Source of the DNA: Hyphomonas sp.
GTDB lineage: Bacteria > Pseudomonadota > Alphaproteobacteria > Caulobacterales > Hyphomonadaceae
Length of the DNA: 55,209 nt
Assembly: GCA_046289305.1 (NCBI GenBank)
Contig: JBKBVT010000001.1
Span: 1 to 55,209, forward strand
Direction: 5' to 3'
Shown here: piece by piece, positions 26,949 through 37,540 of the stretch
Position numbering within the stretch: position 1 is the first letter of the stretch
Layout of the letters: each line of letters opens with the position of its first letter
Made by a program: the position numbers and the translations under genes
Notes under the pieces: generated by a model
What the model was told of the DNA's origin: nothing
Databases searched by the model: none
The model's input: only the letters and a program-made list of their open reading frames with translations

Positions 26949-28944
26949 AGGAGAAGAACTCGACCTGAGCACCGATCTCGACCTCGAATTTGACGGGGCC
27001 GAGGACATTCTGCGCTCCTGGCGCAAGGGGATGCGGCCCGACCCGGATCTGACGGTGTCGGAATGGGCGGATGAACATCGCTGGCTGTCGTCGCGCGGTG
27101 CGGCGGAGCCGGGGCGGTATCGCACGGCCCGTGCGCCCTACCTGCGCGCGATCATGGACGCGCTGTCGCCCCGCCACCCGGCGCAGCGGATCAGCTTCAT
27201 GAAGGCCGCACAGGTCGGCGCGACCGAAGCGGGCAACAACTGGATCGGCTTTGTGATCCACCATGCGCCCGGGCCCATGTTGGCAGTCTTGCCATCCCTG
27301 GAACTGGCGAAACGCACATCGCGCGGGCGGCTGGATCCGCTGATCGCGGAAAGTCCGGCGCTGCGCGAACGGGTCAACCCCGCCCGGTCACGCGACGCGG
27401 GCAATTCGATGCTGTCGAAGGAATTCCCCGGCGGCATCCTGGTGCTGACCGGTGCCAACAGCGCCACCGGCCTGCGGTCGATGCCTGCGCGCTACATCTT
27501 CCTCGACGAAGTAGACGCCTATCCAGCTTCTGCTGACGAGGAAGGTGATCCGGTCACGCTGGCCGAAGCGCGGACCACCACCTTCTCGCACCGGCGCAAG
27601 GTGTTCATGGTCTCGACCCCGACGATCCGGGGGTTGTCCCGCATTGAACGGGAGTTTGATGCCAGCGATCAGCGCCGGTATTTCGTGCCCTGCCCGCATT
27701 GTGGCCACATGCAATGGCTGCAGTTTGAACGCCTGCGCTGGGACAAGGGGCGGCCTGACACCGCCGCCTACCACTGCGAGGGCTGCGAACGCCCCATCGC
27801 CGAGCATCACAAGACGCAGATGCTGGAACGGGGCGAATGGCGGGCGACCGCCGTTTCTGCCGATCCATACTCGATCGGCTTCCACATCTCGGCACTTTAT
27901 TCGCCGCTGGGCTGGAAAAGCTGGCAGCAGATCGCGCGCGAGTGGCTGGCGGCGCAAGGCTCGGAAGAGATGCTGCGCGTCGCGCGCAACACGCTTCTGG
28001 GCGAGACGTGGGTCGAAAGCGGCGACGCGCCGGAATGGCAGCGGCTGGCGGAACGGCGCGAAAGCTACGCGGGCGTGCAGATCCCGGTGGGTGGCTTGTT
28101 CCTGACCGCTGGCGTTGATGTGCAGAAGGACCGGATCGAGGTCGATGTCTGGGCTTGGGGCCGAGGCTTGGAGTCCTGGCTAGTCGATCACATCGTGATA
28201 GCTGGCGGCCCAGACGATCCCGCCTGCTGGAACAAGCTCACTGCCCTGTTGGGGCGGACATGGACCTGCGCCAATGGGGCGGTGATGGTGATCGGCAAGC
28301 TGGCCATCGACACCGGCTATGAAGCCCCGGCGGTTTACGAATGGGCGCGGAAACAGGGGTTCGACCAAGTGGCCCCGATCAAGGGTCTGGAAGGCTTCAA
28401 CCGCGCCACGCCGGTGTCGGGCCCGACCTTTGTCGACGCCACCATCGGCGGCAAGCGTCTGCGCCGGGGTGCAAGGCTCTGGTCGGTGGCCACGGCTACG
28501 TTCAAGACCGAAACCTACCGCTTCCTGCGGCTGGAACCGCCCTCGGATGAGGACCGCGCGCTGGGCGTACTCGACTCCCCCGGCACCGTGCACTTGCCCG
28601 ACTGGATCGACACGGAATGGCTGAAGCAGCTGGTGGCGGAGCAGCTGGTCACCGTGCGCAACAAGCGCGGCTATGCCCACCCCGAATGGCAGAAGATGCG
28701 CGAACGCAACGAGGCGCTGGACACCCGGGTCTATGCCCGGGCGGCGGCCTGGATCATGGGCGCGGATCGCTGGGACGAGGCAACCTGGCGGCGGCTGGAG
28801 GCGCAGGCCGGGGTGGAAACCCGACCGACGCCCACGCCTGCCATCGCGACTGAACCGGTGTCGCCCACCCCAGTGAAAGCTGGAACACCAACCACGCCGC
28901 GGCGCAAACGCCGGGCCTACACACCGAACTTCATGAGGGACTGA
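26941..28944 (+). CDS. terL: Terminase large subunit, lambda GpA family
   Basis: KAAQVGATE, FLDEVD, STPT, PCPHCG, AGVDVQ, NEALD; start codon uncertain (ORF open from 26896). Confidence 0.95.
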   Translation: MDEGEELDLSTDLDLEFDGAEDILRSWRKGMRPDPDLTVSEWADEHRWLSSRGAAEPGRYRTARAPYLRAIMDALSPRHPAQRISFMKAAQVGATEAGNNWIGFVIHHAPGPMLAVLPSLELAKRTSRGRLDPLIAESPALRERVNPARSRDAGNSMLSKEFPGGILVLTGANSATGLRSMPARYIFLDEVDAYPASADEEGDPVTLAEARTTTFSHRRKVFMVSTPTIRGLSRIEREFDASDQRRYFVPCPHCGHMQWLQFERLRWDKGRPDTAAYHCEGCERPIAEHHKTQMLERGEWRATAVSADPYSIGFHISALYSPLGWKSWQQIAREWLAAQGSEEMLRVARNTLLGETWVESGDAPEWQRLAERRESYAGVQIPVGGLFLTAGVDVQKDRIEVDVWAWGRGLESWLVDHIVIAGGPDDPACWNKLTALLGRTWTCANGAVMVIGKLAIDTGYEAPAVYEWARKQGFDQVAPIKGLEGFNRATPVSGPTFVDATIGGKRLRRGARLWSVATATFKTETYRFLRLEPPSDEDRALGVLDSPGTVHLPDWIDTEWLKQLVAEQLVTVRNKRGYAHPEWQKMRERNEALDTRVYARAAAWIMGADRWDEATWRRLEAQAGVETRPTPTPAIATEPVSPTPVKAGTPTTPRRKRRAYTPNFMRD

Positions 28945-28945
28945 G

Positions 28946-29161
28946 ATGGATCTGGAACGAATGCGCGCGCTTTTGGCCGCGCTGCAGGAGGCCCGTTATG
29001 CAGGCGTCCGGTCGGTCAGCTATGATGGGAAATCGATCAACTATGGCTCGGACGCGGAACAGGCAAACGCCATCAGCGATCTGGAAACCCGGATTGCCAC
29101 GGCTACGACCGGCACCCCGCGTCGTCGGCGCTGGGGCACCGTGGCCTCGAAGGGGCTGTGA
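28946..29161 (+). CDS. Head-tail joining protein (gpW-like)
   Basis: Position between TerL and portal; GVRSVSYDGKSINY. Confidence 0.8.
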   Translation: MDLERMRALLAALQEARYAGVRSVSYDGKSINYGSDAEQANAISDLETRIATATTGTPRRRRWGTVASKGL

Positions 29162-29164
29162 CCG

Positions 29165-30661
29165 ATGGCATTCGAGGCGTTCCGGCAACGCATCGGCAGC
29201 ATCATCGGCGGATTTGACGCGGCGCAAGCCCATCGTCGCCTGCGCGGGTTCCGTGCATCCCGCGCCCATGTGAACACGCTGATCGCAGCCTCGGGCGACA
29301 CCATCACCGCCCGCGCCCGTTGGCTGGTACGCAACAACGGCTATGCGGCAAACGCGGTGGAGAGTTTCGCCAGCAATGTCGTTGGCGATGGCATCAAACC
29401 CTCTTCGACCATCGCCGATGCGGCCAAGAAGGAAGAGCTGCAGGCGCTGTGGCTCGCCTGGACCGACGATGCCGATGCTGAAGGATTGACGGACTTCTAC
29501 GGGTTGCAACGCCGAGCGGCGCGCGAGGTGTTCCTGTCGGGCGAGGTCTTCATCCGCATCCGGCCGCGTCGCGCTGAAGACGGTCTGACAGTGCCGCTGC
29601 AACTTCAGATGTTGCCTGCAGAAATGCTGCCCTTGGATATGAACCGCACCTTGCCCGGCGCCGGGCTGATCCGACAAGGCATCGAGTTCGACGGCATCGG
29701 CCGCCGCGTCGCCTATCACTTCCTGCGCCGTCACCCGGGCGATCTTACCGATCCGGGTTTGTCAGGCGAAACCGTACGCGTCTTGGCCGCCGACGTGATC
29801 CATGTCCTCGACCCCGTCGAGGCTGGCCAGCTGCGCGGCGTCTCGCGTTTTGCGGCCGCCATCGTCAAGCTGTTCACGCTGGACCTCTACGACGACGCCG
29901 AGCTGGAGCGGAAGAAGATCGCGGCGATGTTCGCGATGTTCATCACCTCGCCCGCCCCGGAAACGCCGCTGGAACCAACCGAGGAGGATCTGGAGGTTGA
30001 ACCCGGCCAGGTGGTGCGGCTCGATCCCGGAGAGGATGTCTCGACGCCAGCCACGCCAGACTCGGGCGGCACCTATGAGCCGTTCCAGTACCGCACCCTG
30101 TTGCAGATCGCGGCGGCGCTGGGCGTGCCCTATGGCTATCTGACCGGCGACACGGCCAAGGGCAACTTCTCCAACACGCGGATATCCCTGATCGAATTCC
30201 GCCGTCGCATTTCGGCCTGGCAACATGGCGTGCTGGTCTATCAGCTCTGCCGCGCCGTCTGGGTGCGCTGGATGGACACCGCCGTGTTGTCGGGCGCGCT
30301 GGACCTGCCCGGCTATGACAGCCAGCGCCGCCAATACCAGGCCTGCGCCTGGTTGCCCACGAAATGGGACTGGATTGACCCGATGAAGGACGCCTCGGCC
30401 GAGATCCTGCAGATCGAAGCCGGGCTGAAATCCCGTACCCAAGCGCTGGCCGAACGAGGATACGACGCCGAACAGGTGGATCGGGAGATCGCTGCTGAAC
30501 GAAAACGCGAGGCGGCGCTGGGCCTCGACTTCCGGCGGCCGGGATCCCCAGCGCAAGGGCCGGGCGAAGGCACGGCGAAAGATGCGGATCAGGACAGCGC
30601 CAAGGACGACGCGGCCGACGACACCGGCGATGAAAAACCCGACCCCAAGGAGGGCGAATGA
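29165..30661 (+). CDS. Portal protein, lambda family
   Basis: RARWLVRNN, GIEFD, QLRGVS, NFSNTR, WIDPMKD. Confidence 0.95.
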   Translation: MAFEAFRQRIGSIIGGFDAAQAHRRLRGFRASRAHVNTLIAASGDTITARARWLVRNNGYAANAVESFASNVVGDGIKPSSTIADAAKKEELQALWLAWTDDADAEGLTDFYGLQRRAAREVFLSGEVFIRIRPRRAEDGLTVPLQLQMLPAEMLPLDMNRTLPGAGLIRQGIEFDGIGRRVAYHFLRRHPGDLTDPGLSGETVRVLAADVIHVLDPVEAGQLRGVSRFAAAIVKLFTLDLYDDAELERKKIAAMFAMFITSPAPETPLEPTEEDLEVEPGQVVRLDPGEDVSTPATPDSGGTYEPFQYRTLLQIAAALGVPYGYLTGDTAKGNFSNTRISLIEFRRRISAWQHGVLVYQLCRAVWVRWMDTAVLSGALDLPGYDSQRRQYQACAWLPTKWDWIDPMKDASAEILQIEAGLKSRTQALAERGYDAEQVDREIAAERKREAALGLDFRRPGSPAQGPGEGTAKDADQDSAKDDAADDTGDEKPDPKEGE

Positions 30662-31995
30662 TGCACCACGCCCAAATCGCTCAGCGCGCTTTCAACACAC
30701 CGCTGATGGTCGACCCGGCCAAGGCGCTGGCGTTCCTGTCGGGGCTGGGGCCGCGCATCACCGGGCAGGAAATCACCTTCCAAGGGCTGGAGGTCGACGC
30801 ATCCGATCAAGCAACGGCCACACTGCCAGCCCGGGCATCGCTGTTCGGGAACGATCTCGCCCAGCGCCACCAGCGGAACGGCAGCCAACCTTATGCGGTG
30901 GTGGATGGCATCGCAGTGATCGAGATCGCCGGGACGCTGGTGCATCGCGGAGCCTGGATCGGGCAATCCTCAGGCCTCACGTCCTATGAGGGGATTGCCG
31001 CCCAGCTGCAGGCCGTATTGGCCGATCCCGGTGTTCGCGGCATTGCGCTCGACATCGACAGCTTTGGAGGTGAAGTCGCGGGCGCCTTCGATCTGGCGGA
31101 TCGCATTCGGGCGGCGCGGGCGCAAAAGCCGATCCACGCATTCGTCGCCGAACATGCGCTTTCGGCGGGCTATGTCCTCGCCAGCCAGGCCGACAGGATC
31201 ATCCTGCCGCGCACCGGGGCGGTGGGCAGCATTGGCGTCGTCGCACTGCACATCGACATGAGTGGCGCCCTCGATCAAAAGGGCATCGCCGTCACGCTGA
31301 TCCACGCCGGGGCGCACAAGGTTGATGCCAACCCATACCAGCCCCTGCCCGAAGCGGTGCATGATCAGATGCAGCGCGAGTTGGAGGTGGTCCGCTTTCT
31401 CTTCGCTGAAACCGTCGCTGCCGGTCGTATGGATCGCCTGACCCACGCCGCAGCACTGGCCACCGAAGCAGCGGTGTTCCGCGGGGCCGACGCAATCGCC
31501 GCCGGTCTGGCTGACGAGCTTGCCGATCCCGTCACCGCTTTTCACGCCTTCGCCGCCGCGCCTCGCGGCACCACTTCCTCCAGCAGAAAGGGTCCACAGA
31601 TGACCATCACGCCCACAGAAACTCCGAACCCGGCTCCGGTTGCCGCACCTCCTGTGGCAATGCCTGCGGTTGCGGTCGCACCCCCCGCGCCCGAACCACC
31701 GGTGAACGCGGCAGCGCCCGTCACCGCCACCATGACCGCCGACGCCGTGCGCGCTGAGGCGGCCGAGGTGGCGCAGATTTGCGCGCAGGCCGCCAGGATG
31801 GGCGTGACCATCGACGCCGCCGATGCGGTTACCAAGGGGCTGAAGCCTGAAGCCTTGCGTGCCCGGGTTCTGGCCGATCTCGCCGCCCGCAGCGATGCAT
31901 CAGGCATCATCGCCACCGCACCGGCTGCAGCTGCCGCCAAAGACAGCCCGATCATCGCCGCCGCCAAGAAGGCCGCGACAGACGCGAAGCGCTGA
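30658..31995 (+). CDS. S49 head maturation protease with scaffold-like C-terminus (gpC/Nu3-like)
   Basis: DIDSFGGE, ALSAGY, VGSIGV; AGAAAGG before an internal ATG (~31600) may start a nested scaffold protein. Confidence 0.9.
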   Translation: MMHHAQIAQRAFNTPLMVDPAKALAFLSGLGPRITGQEITFQGLEVDASDQATATLPARASLFGNDLAQRHQRNGSQPYAVVDGIAVIEIAGTLVHRGAWIGQSSGLTSYEGIAAQLQAVLADPGVRGIALDIDSFGGEVAGAFDLADRIRAARAQKPIHAFVAEHALSAGYVLASQADRIILPRTGAVGSIGVVALHIDMSGALDQKGIAVTLIHAGAHKVDANPYQPLPEAVHDQMQRELEVVRFLFAETVAAGRMDRLTHAAALATEAAVFRGADAIAAGLADELADPVTAFHAFAAAPRGTTSSSRKGPQMTITPTETPNPAPVAAPPVAMPAVAVAPPAPEPPVNAAAPVTATMTADAVRAEAAEVAQICAQAARMGVTIDAADAVTKGLKPEALRARVLADLAARSDASGIIATAPAAAAAKDSPIIAAAKKAATDAKR

Positions 31996-32049
31996 ACCAG
32001 CGCGCGCTTCCTCCACCTTCCCCCTCCCCCAAACCATGGAGACTGACAA

Positions 32050-32430
32050 ATGCCCGTCCTGACGGAACAGCCCAGCATGGGCGATGTCCTCAAATATGAG
32101 GTCAACCCGAACTACACCCGCGAGGTGATCACGCTGCTGATCGGCACCAACTATCCCTCCGGTGCCGTCCTCGGCCGGATCACTGCCAGTGGCAAATACA
32201 CCTTGTCGGCAGCGACCGGCGCGGACGGTGCGCAGGTCGCCGTCGCGGTCCTGCTTTACCCGGTGAACGCCACGCTAGCCGACGCCGTTGGTATCGTCGT
32301 CGCCCGGGGCCCCTCAATCGTGTCGCGCGCTGGCCTGGCCTATGAGGGCACCGTCAACGACGCGGCCAAGATCACCGCCAAGATCGCCCAGTTGGCCGCC
32401 GTCGGCATCATCGCCCGCGACGGCGTCTGA
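32050..32430 (+). CDS. Head decoration protein (gpD-like)
   Basis: GAVLGRITASGKY...DGAQVAVAVL; position before the capsid gene. Confidence 0.85.
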   Translation: MPVLTEQPSMGDVLKYEVNPNYTREVITLLIGTNYPSGAVLGRITASGKYTLSAATGADGAQVAVAVLLYPVNATLADAVGIVVARGPSIVSRAGLAYEGTVNDAAKITAKIAQLAAVGIIARDGV

Positions 32431-32475
32431 CGCGCCGCTTCTGCCCCCTTCCACATCCATTCTTCGGAGCACCCC

Positions 32476-33498
32476 ATGACCCTTGTCCGCAACCCGTTTG
32501 ACGCTGGCGGTTACTCGCTGGCCGACATGACGCAGGCCATCAACATCCTGCCCAATCTTTACACCCGCCTTGGCCAGATCGGCCTCTTCCGCTTTGAAGG
32601 CGTCACCCAGCGGTCGGTGATCATCGAGCAGTACGAAGGCGTGCTGAACCTGCTGCCCTCGGTTCCACTGGGTGGCCCCGCCACTGTCGGTACGCGCGAG
32701 GGCCGCTCCATGCGTTCGTTCGCCTTGCCGTGGATTCCGCATGATGACGTGATCCTGCCGGGCGACATTCAGGGCCAGCCCGCGCTGGGCGCATTCGATG
32801 CCGCCGACCCGCTGGTCGAAGTGATGAACCGCAAGCTGCAACTCATGCGGCGCAAGCATGCCCAGACCCGCGAATACATGGAGATGAATGCGCTCCGCGG
32901 CATCGTGAAGGACGGGGCCGGGACGACCCTTTACAACTACTTCACCGAATTTGGGCTGGCGCAAATCTCGGTGGATTTCCTGCTGGGCACCGCTGGCACC
33001 CTTGTCCAAAGCAAGGTGCGCGAGGTTTTGCGGGCAATCGAGGACAACCTCCTTGGCGAAAGCATGTCGGACGTGCATGCACTCGTCAGCCGTGAATTCT
33101 TCGACAAGCTGATCGCGCATCCGAAGACCGAGGAAGCCTACAAGTTCTACGCCGCCACCGGGGCGCAGCCCTTGCGCCAGGATGTGCGCCGCAACTTCCC
33201 CTTCGCGGGCATTGTGTTCGAGGAATATGCGGGCACGGTCACCCTCTCGACCAAGACCACCGAACGGCTGGTTCCGGCGAACGAGGGCATCGCGTTCCCC
33301 TTGGGCACGATGGACACCTTCACCACCTACGGCGGCCCCGCCAACCTTCTCGAGGCGGCCAACACCCTCGGCCTGCCCCTCTACGCCCGCCAGCACCTCG
33401 ACGAGAAAGGCCGCTGGATCGACCTGATGACTGAGGCCTCGATCCTGCCCGTCAACAAGCGGCCGCGCATCGCGATCCGCATCCACACTTCGAACTGA
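32476..33498 (+). CDS. Major capsid protein (lambda gpE family)
   Basis: 340 aa in canonical position; TREYMEMNALRG, LIAHPK. Confidence 0.9.
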   Translation: MTLVRNPFDAGGYSLADMTQAINILPNLYTRLGQIGLFRFEGVTQRSVIIEQYEGVLNLLPSVPLGGPATVGTREGRSMRSFALPWIPHDDVILPGDIQGQPALGAFDAADPLVEVMNRKLQLMRRKHAQTREYMEMNALRGIVKDGAGTTLYNYFTEFGLAQISVDFLLGTAGTLVQSKVREVLRAIEDNLLGESMSDVHALVSREFFDKLIAHPKTEEAYKFYAATGAQPLRQDVRRNFPFAGIVFEEYAGTVTLSTKTTERLVPANEGIAFPLGTMDTFTTYGGPANLLEAANTLGLPLYARQHLDEKGRWIDLMTEASILPVNKRPRIAIRIHTSN

Positions 33499-33510
33499 CA
33501 GGCGCTTCCG

Positions 33511-33825
33511 ATGAACGTCTTCGCCGCCGCCATGGACCGCATCTATGCCAACCCGTCCATGGCGGCGGCCGCTGTCTGGATTTCCGCCACAACATCGGAA
33601 GAGCGCCCCATCCGCGTCATCCGCCGCGCCCCGGATCGGATCACGGAATTCGGGGCTGGGCGGTTTGTCAGCGACACCATGATGGTGGACGTCCGTGTGT
33701 CCGACCTGCCCGATCCGCGCACGGGCGATCTGATCGTGATCGGCGTCGACAGCTTCACCATTCAGGGCGAGCCTGTCCGCGACCGCGAACGCCTGATCTG
33801 GACACTGGACCTGCGCCCATCATGA
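33511..33825 (+). CDS. Head-tail joining protein (gpFII-like)
   Basis: Position; beta-rich PRTGDLIVIG motif. Confidence 0.7.
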   Translation: MNVFAAAMDRIYANPSMAAAAVWISATTSEERPIRVIRRAPDRITEFGAGRFVSDTMMVDVRVSDLPDPRTGDLIVIGVDSFTIQGEPVRDRERLIWTLDLRPS

Positions 33826-34451
33826 AACTGAAGATCACCTTCGACCCTGACCTCGTCGCCCTGATGCAGGCCGAAATCACCGCCGGGGAAAAGGCGGTTT
33901 CGGCCGCAATGCGCGAAGCGGGCACCTCCCTGAAATCCGCCTGGCGCGGCCAGATCACCGGCGCTGGCCTCGGCACTCGGCTCGGTAACAGCATCCGCCT
34001 CGCCAGCTTCCCGAAATCCGGCGACAGCCTGAATGCCGCCGCGATGGTCTGGTCCAACGCGCCGATCATCATCGGCGCGCATGACACCGGCCCGCTGATC
34101 CGGTCCAAAGACGGGTTCTGGCTAGCCATCCCGACCCTGGCCGCCGGGAAAAGCGCGAAGGGCGGGCGGATCACCCCTGGCGAATGGGAACGCCGCACCG
34201 GCCTGCGCCTGCGGTTCATCTACCGCCGCAGAGGGCCGAGCCTGCTTGTGGCCGAGGGGAGGCTGAATTCGAAAGGCCGGGCAGTACCGTCCAAGTCAAA
34301 AACTGGGCGTGGGGTCGCGACTGTCCCCATCTTCCTGCTCGTGCCCCAGGTCAAGCTGCGCAAGCGGCTGGATCTAGCCCAAGATGCCGACCGGGCAGTG
34401 GACGGGGTGCCGGGGCTGATCGTGACGAAATGGGTGGAGGCAGCGGTTTGA
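33822..34451 (+). CDS. Basic neck/tail completion protein (DUF6441-like)
   Basis: Position; Arg/Lys-rich composition. Confidence 0.7.
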   Translation: MKLKITFDPDLVALMQAEITAGEKAVSAAMREAGTSLKSAWRGQITGAGLGTRLGNSIRLASFPKSGDSLNAAAMVWSNAPIIIGAHDTGPLIRSKDGFWLAIPTLAAGKSAKGGRITPGEWERRTGLRLRFIYRRRGPSLLVAEGRLNSKGRAVPSKSKTGRGVATVPIFLLVPQVKLRKRLDLAQDADRAVDGVPGLIVTKWVEAAV

Positions 34452-34583
34452 CCACAAATAGAATGTGTTTGCCTTCCCGAGGATGCTTGGAGCGCAGGGC
34501 ACTTGATCATCACGCAAAATCGGGTGATCTTCATAGGACAAGACAGGCCATTTGGGGAATGTCAGTCAAGTTTGGGCGCCCTG

Positions 34584-35351
34584 ATGTCTGTCCTGAAACG
34601 ACTAGCTTTCTGCATCGTGGCATACTTACTCCCAATGCAAGCAAATGCAGACCTGTCTTTTGGCAGTCGGAATGATGCAACATTTGGCAGCATATTCTAC
34701 GTTGTAATCGGTGGCACAATAACGGCCGAAGATCGGGATGCGCTCTTGGCAACACAGGAAGAAGCATCTGCTGCGGGCATGAGAATGGTAATTCTCGGCT
34801 CCGAGGGCGGAGACTTGGCCGCAGCGCTAGACATGGGCCGATACCTCCGGGCAATGGGCTTTGATGCAGTAATTTTACCTGATGCAGTTTGCTACAGTGC
34901 CTGCGTTTTCCTCCTCGCTGCTGGGGTGGAAAAAAAGGTTCAAGGCTATGTCGGAATTCATCGGCCCTATTTTTCATCTGGTGGAATAGGATCAGTTTCG
35001 GAAGCTATAAAGGCGACGAAAACTGAGGCTGAGGCATACTTCGAAGAAATGAACATTCCGGGTCGATTGGCAGAGGACATGTTCAGCATTGACCCGGCAA
35101 ACATACGAATCCTGTCAGAAACTGAATTGCGAGACTACCGCCTCAACAGCAAAGACTACGCCGCGCAAGAATCTGACATTGTTGGCATGATCGACGGCCT
35201 TGGTGTATCCCGTGAGGCATACGAAGCATTCAGACAAGATCTCAATTACAGCTGCCAAATTTTCATGGGACGAACAGATCGCCTAAATGCGTGCATGCGG
35301 GATGTTGCCAATCGACATGGTATCCCTTTGCCACCAGAGCTTGACCAGTAG
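34584..35351 (+). CDS. Exported ClpP/crotonase-fold protein (moron)
   Basis: Signal peptide ending ANA-D; SEGGD...CYSAC...GIHRP; AT-richer than flanks. Confidence 0.7.
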   Translation: MSVLKRLAFCIVAYLLPMQANADLSFGSRNDATFGSIFYVVIGGTITAEDRDALLATQEEASAAGMRMVILGSEGGDLAAALDMGRYLRAMGFDAVILPDAVCYSACVFLLAAGVEKKVQGYVGIHRPYFSSGGIGSVSEAIKATKTEAEAYFEEMNIPGRLAEDMFSIDPANIRILSETELRDYRLNSKDYAAQESDIVGMIDGLGVSREAYEAFRQDLNYSCQIFMGRTDRLNACMRDVANRHGIPLPPELDQ

Positions 35352-35362
35352 AGGTGAAATGC

Positions 35363-35731
35363 ATGAAGGCTTATATACTTAGCGCACTGCTTGTACTCCC
35401 GCTCCCGTCTCCGTCCTACGCTGAACAGTGGGTTTCCTTGGGTGACACGCTCGGTTCCGAGATGGACTTATCATCGGTCAGTCGCAGTGATGAGTTCGTT
35501 TACTTGCGCATGCGGCATAGAATCCGGAACGAGCAAGGACTTATGACGATGGACCTCAATCTTGCCGTGTCCTGCCTGCGCAGTTTTTACTATATCCAGT
35601 CAGGACAGATCAGCTCAGACTGGTCGGCCCGAATTGTTCCCATGCCAGACCTTCCGGATAACGAGCGAGCCTTTCGTCTCCCGACCGAAAACCCCGCGTT
35701 CAACAACATGTATGACTTCGTGTGCCAATAG
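35363..35731 (+). CDS. Small exported hypothetical protein (moron)
   Basis: Signal peptide MKAYILSALLVLPLPSPSYA; two Cys, one near the C-terminus (DFVCQ). Confidence 0.7.
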   Translation: MKAYILSALLVLPLPSPSYAEQWVSLGDTLGSEMDLSSVSRSDEFVYLRMRHRIRNEQGLMTMDLNLAVSCLRSFYYIQSGQISSDWSARIVPMPDLPDNERAFRLPTENPAFNNMYDFVCQ

Positions 35732-35784
35732 CGTGCACAGTTTGCGTCGAGGCGGAGCAATGGCTTCCACGACGATTTTATAGC

Positions 35785-36105
35785 CTAGTCATAAAAACCT
35801 TGTCGCTCAATCCCATGTGAAACTGCCTGTTGGATCGCACTAGCTGCCTCATCAATAGCGGTTGCGATGTCCTCACCTCGTGCGGCCGCATCCGCTCTGA
35901 CACAGCTCATCAGAAGGCGGACAACCTCCTGCGCAAGACTCAAACGCAAGCGGGTGTAAACAATGCCGTTCACCGGATCCTGTGCGAATTCATCTCCAAA
36001 TTTGTTTACGTCGTTCATCCTTGAGTACAGGGCATCAAAGAGTTGGGCTGGTGTCAGCCCATCGGTAGCACTGCGCATCTCATCAATGTCCGAATACGTC
36101 TTCAT
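35785..36105 (-). CDS. Hypothetical helical protein (moron)
   Basis: ORF fills the gap, antisense to the late operon; start uncertain (36105-36129). Confidence 0.55.
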   Translation of the reverse strand: MKTYSDIDEMRSATDGLTPAQLFDALYSRMNDVNKFGDEFAQDPVNGIVYTRLRLSLAQEVVRLLMSCVRADAAARGEDIATAIDEAASAIQQAVSHGIERQGFYD

Positions 36106-36151
36106 CTTATTGTTTCCCATAGACCCCAATTAACATTCTGGATGCTATCAG

Positions 36152-36574
36152 ATGCCTACCACCCGCGAAACCGTCCTTGCTGCGCTTCATGCGCGGCTTC
36201 AGCCTCTTGCCGCCCTCACTCTGCGCGATGATGTCTTGCCAGAGCGGATCCCGGCGTCCGGCCTGATCATCCTGCGCGACGGCCAGCCGGGCGAGCCGGA
36301 TGTGACGCTGTCGCCCCTGCGCTACCATTTCCAACACCGGGCCGAGTTGGAGGTCGTTGTTCAGGCCCTGAATGGCAGAGCCACGGCTTTCGACACCCTG
36401 ATGGCCGCCGTCGGCAATGCGCTGGAAGCCGACCGTACTCTCGGCGGGCTTTGCGACTGGATCGAACCCGAGGCTCCAGCCTCGGTCGATTTGCCGATCG
36501 AAGGCGCGGCGGCGCTGAAGGCGGCAATCATCACCGTTGTTCTGCACTACACCACCACCGGCCCATTGGCCTGA
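36152..36574 (+). CDS. Tail terminator-like protein
   Basis: Position before the tail tube; ADRTLGGL motif. Confidence 0.7.
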   Translation: MPTTRETVLAALHARLQPLAALTLRDDVLPERIPASGLIILRDGQPGEPDVTLSPLRYHFQHRAELEVVVQALNGRATAFDTLMAAVGNALEADRTLGGLCDWIEPEAPASVDLPIEGAAALKAAIITVVLHYTTTGPLA

Positions 36575-36599
36575 TACCCCCAACGTCGAGGAGACTTAC

Positions 36600-37538
36600 A
36601 TGGCACGTGCGCAAGGCGCGCGGGCGCAGATGGCGCTTGCGTATGAGACGGTTTACGGCACCCCGCCGGTCAGCGGGTTCCGGCTGATGCCCTTTGCCCG
36701 GACGACGCTCGGGTCGGAACAGCCGCTCCTGGAATCCGAACTGCTGGGCTATGGCCGCGATCCCCTGGCCCCGATCAAGGATGCGGTCACCGCCGACGGC
36801 GAGGTGGTGATCCCCATTGATGTGGAGGCTTTCGGGTTCTGGCTGAAGGCAGCTTTCGGCCAGCCGGTCACCAGCGGGACGACGCCCAAAAGCCACACTT
36901 TCCAGTCAGGCAACTGGACGCTGCCCAGCATGGCCATCGAGACGGCGATGCACGAGGTGCCGCGCTTTGCAATGTATTCCGGCTGTCTGCTGGATCAGCT
37001 GACCTGGCAGATGCAACGGTCGGGTCTGCTGACGGCGACCGCACGGCTTGTTGCCCAAGGGGAAACCATCGCCGCAACAACCGCCGCAGGCACGCCCACC
37101 GCGCTGGGCCTGCAACGGTTCGGCCATTTCAACGGCACGGTGAAACGCAACGGCTCAGCCTTGGGCAATGTCGTTTCGGCCGAGATCACCTATTCCAACA
37201 ACCTCGACCGGATCGAGACCATCCGCGGCGATGGTCGCATCGACGGCGCAGACCCTGCCATGGCCGCGCTGTCGGGCCGGATTGAGGTGCGGTTTGCCGA
37301 CACGGCACTGATCACCCAAGCCATCGACGGCACGCCTTGCGAGCTGGAGTTCAACTACAGCCTTGGGGCCAACGCCAGCTTCACCTTCACCGCCCACGCC
37401 GTCTATCTGCCCCGACCGCGCATCGAAATCGCCGGGCCCCAAGGGGTACAGGCCACGTTCGACTGGATGGCCGCCAAGGCCACCAGCCCTGCCCGCATGT
37501 GCACAGCCGTTCTCGTCAACACCCTTGCAGGATACTGA
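36600..37538 (+). CDS. Tail tube protein
   Basis: GGAG RBS; AYETVYGT N-terminus; position before the chaperones and tape measure. Confidence 0.85.
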   Translation: MARAQGARAQMALAYETVYGTPPVSGFRLMPFARTTLGSEQPLLESELLGYGRDPLAPIKDAVTADGEVVIPIDVEAFGFWLKAAFGQPVTSGTTPKSHTFQSGNWTLPSMAIETAMHEVPRFAMYSGCLLDQLTWQMQRSGLLTATARLVAQGETIAATTAAGTPTALGLQRFGHFNGTVKRNGSALGNVVSAEITYSNNLDRIETIRGDGRIDGADPAMAALSGRIEVRFADTALITQAIDGTPCELEFNYSLGANASFTFTAHAVYLPRPRIEIAGPQGVQATFDWMAAKATSPARMCTAVLVNTLAGY

Positions 37539-37540
37539 TC

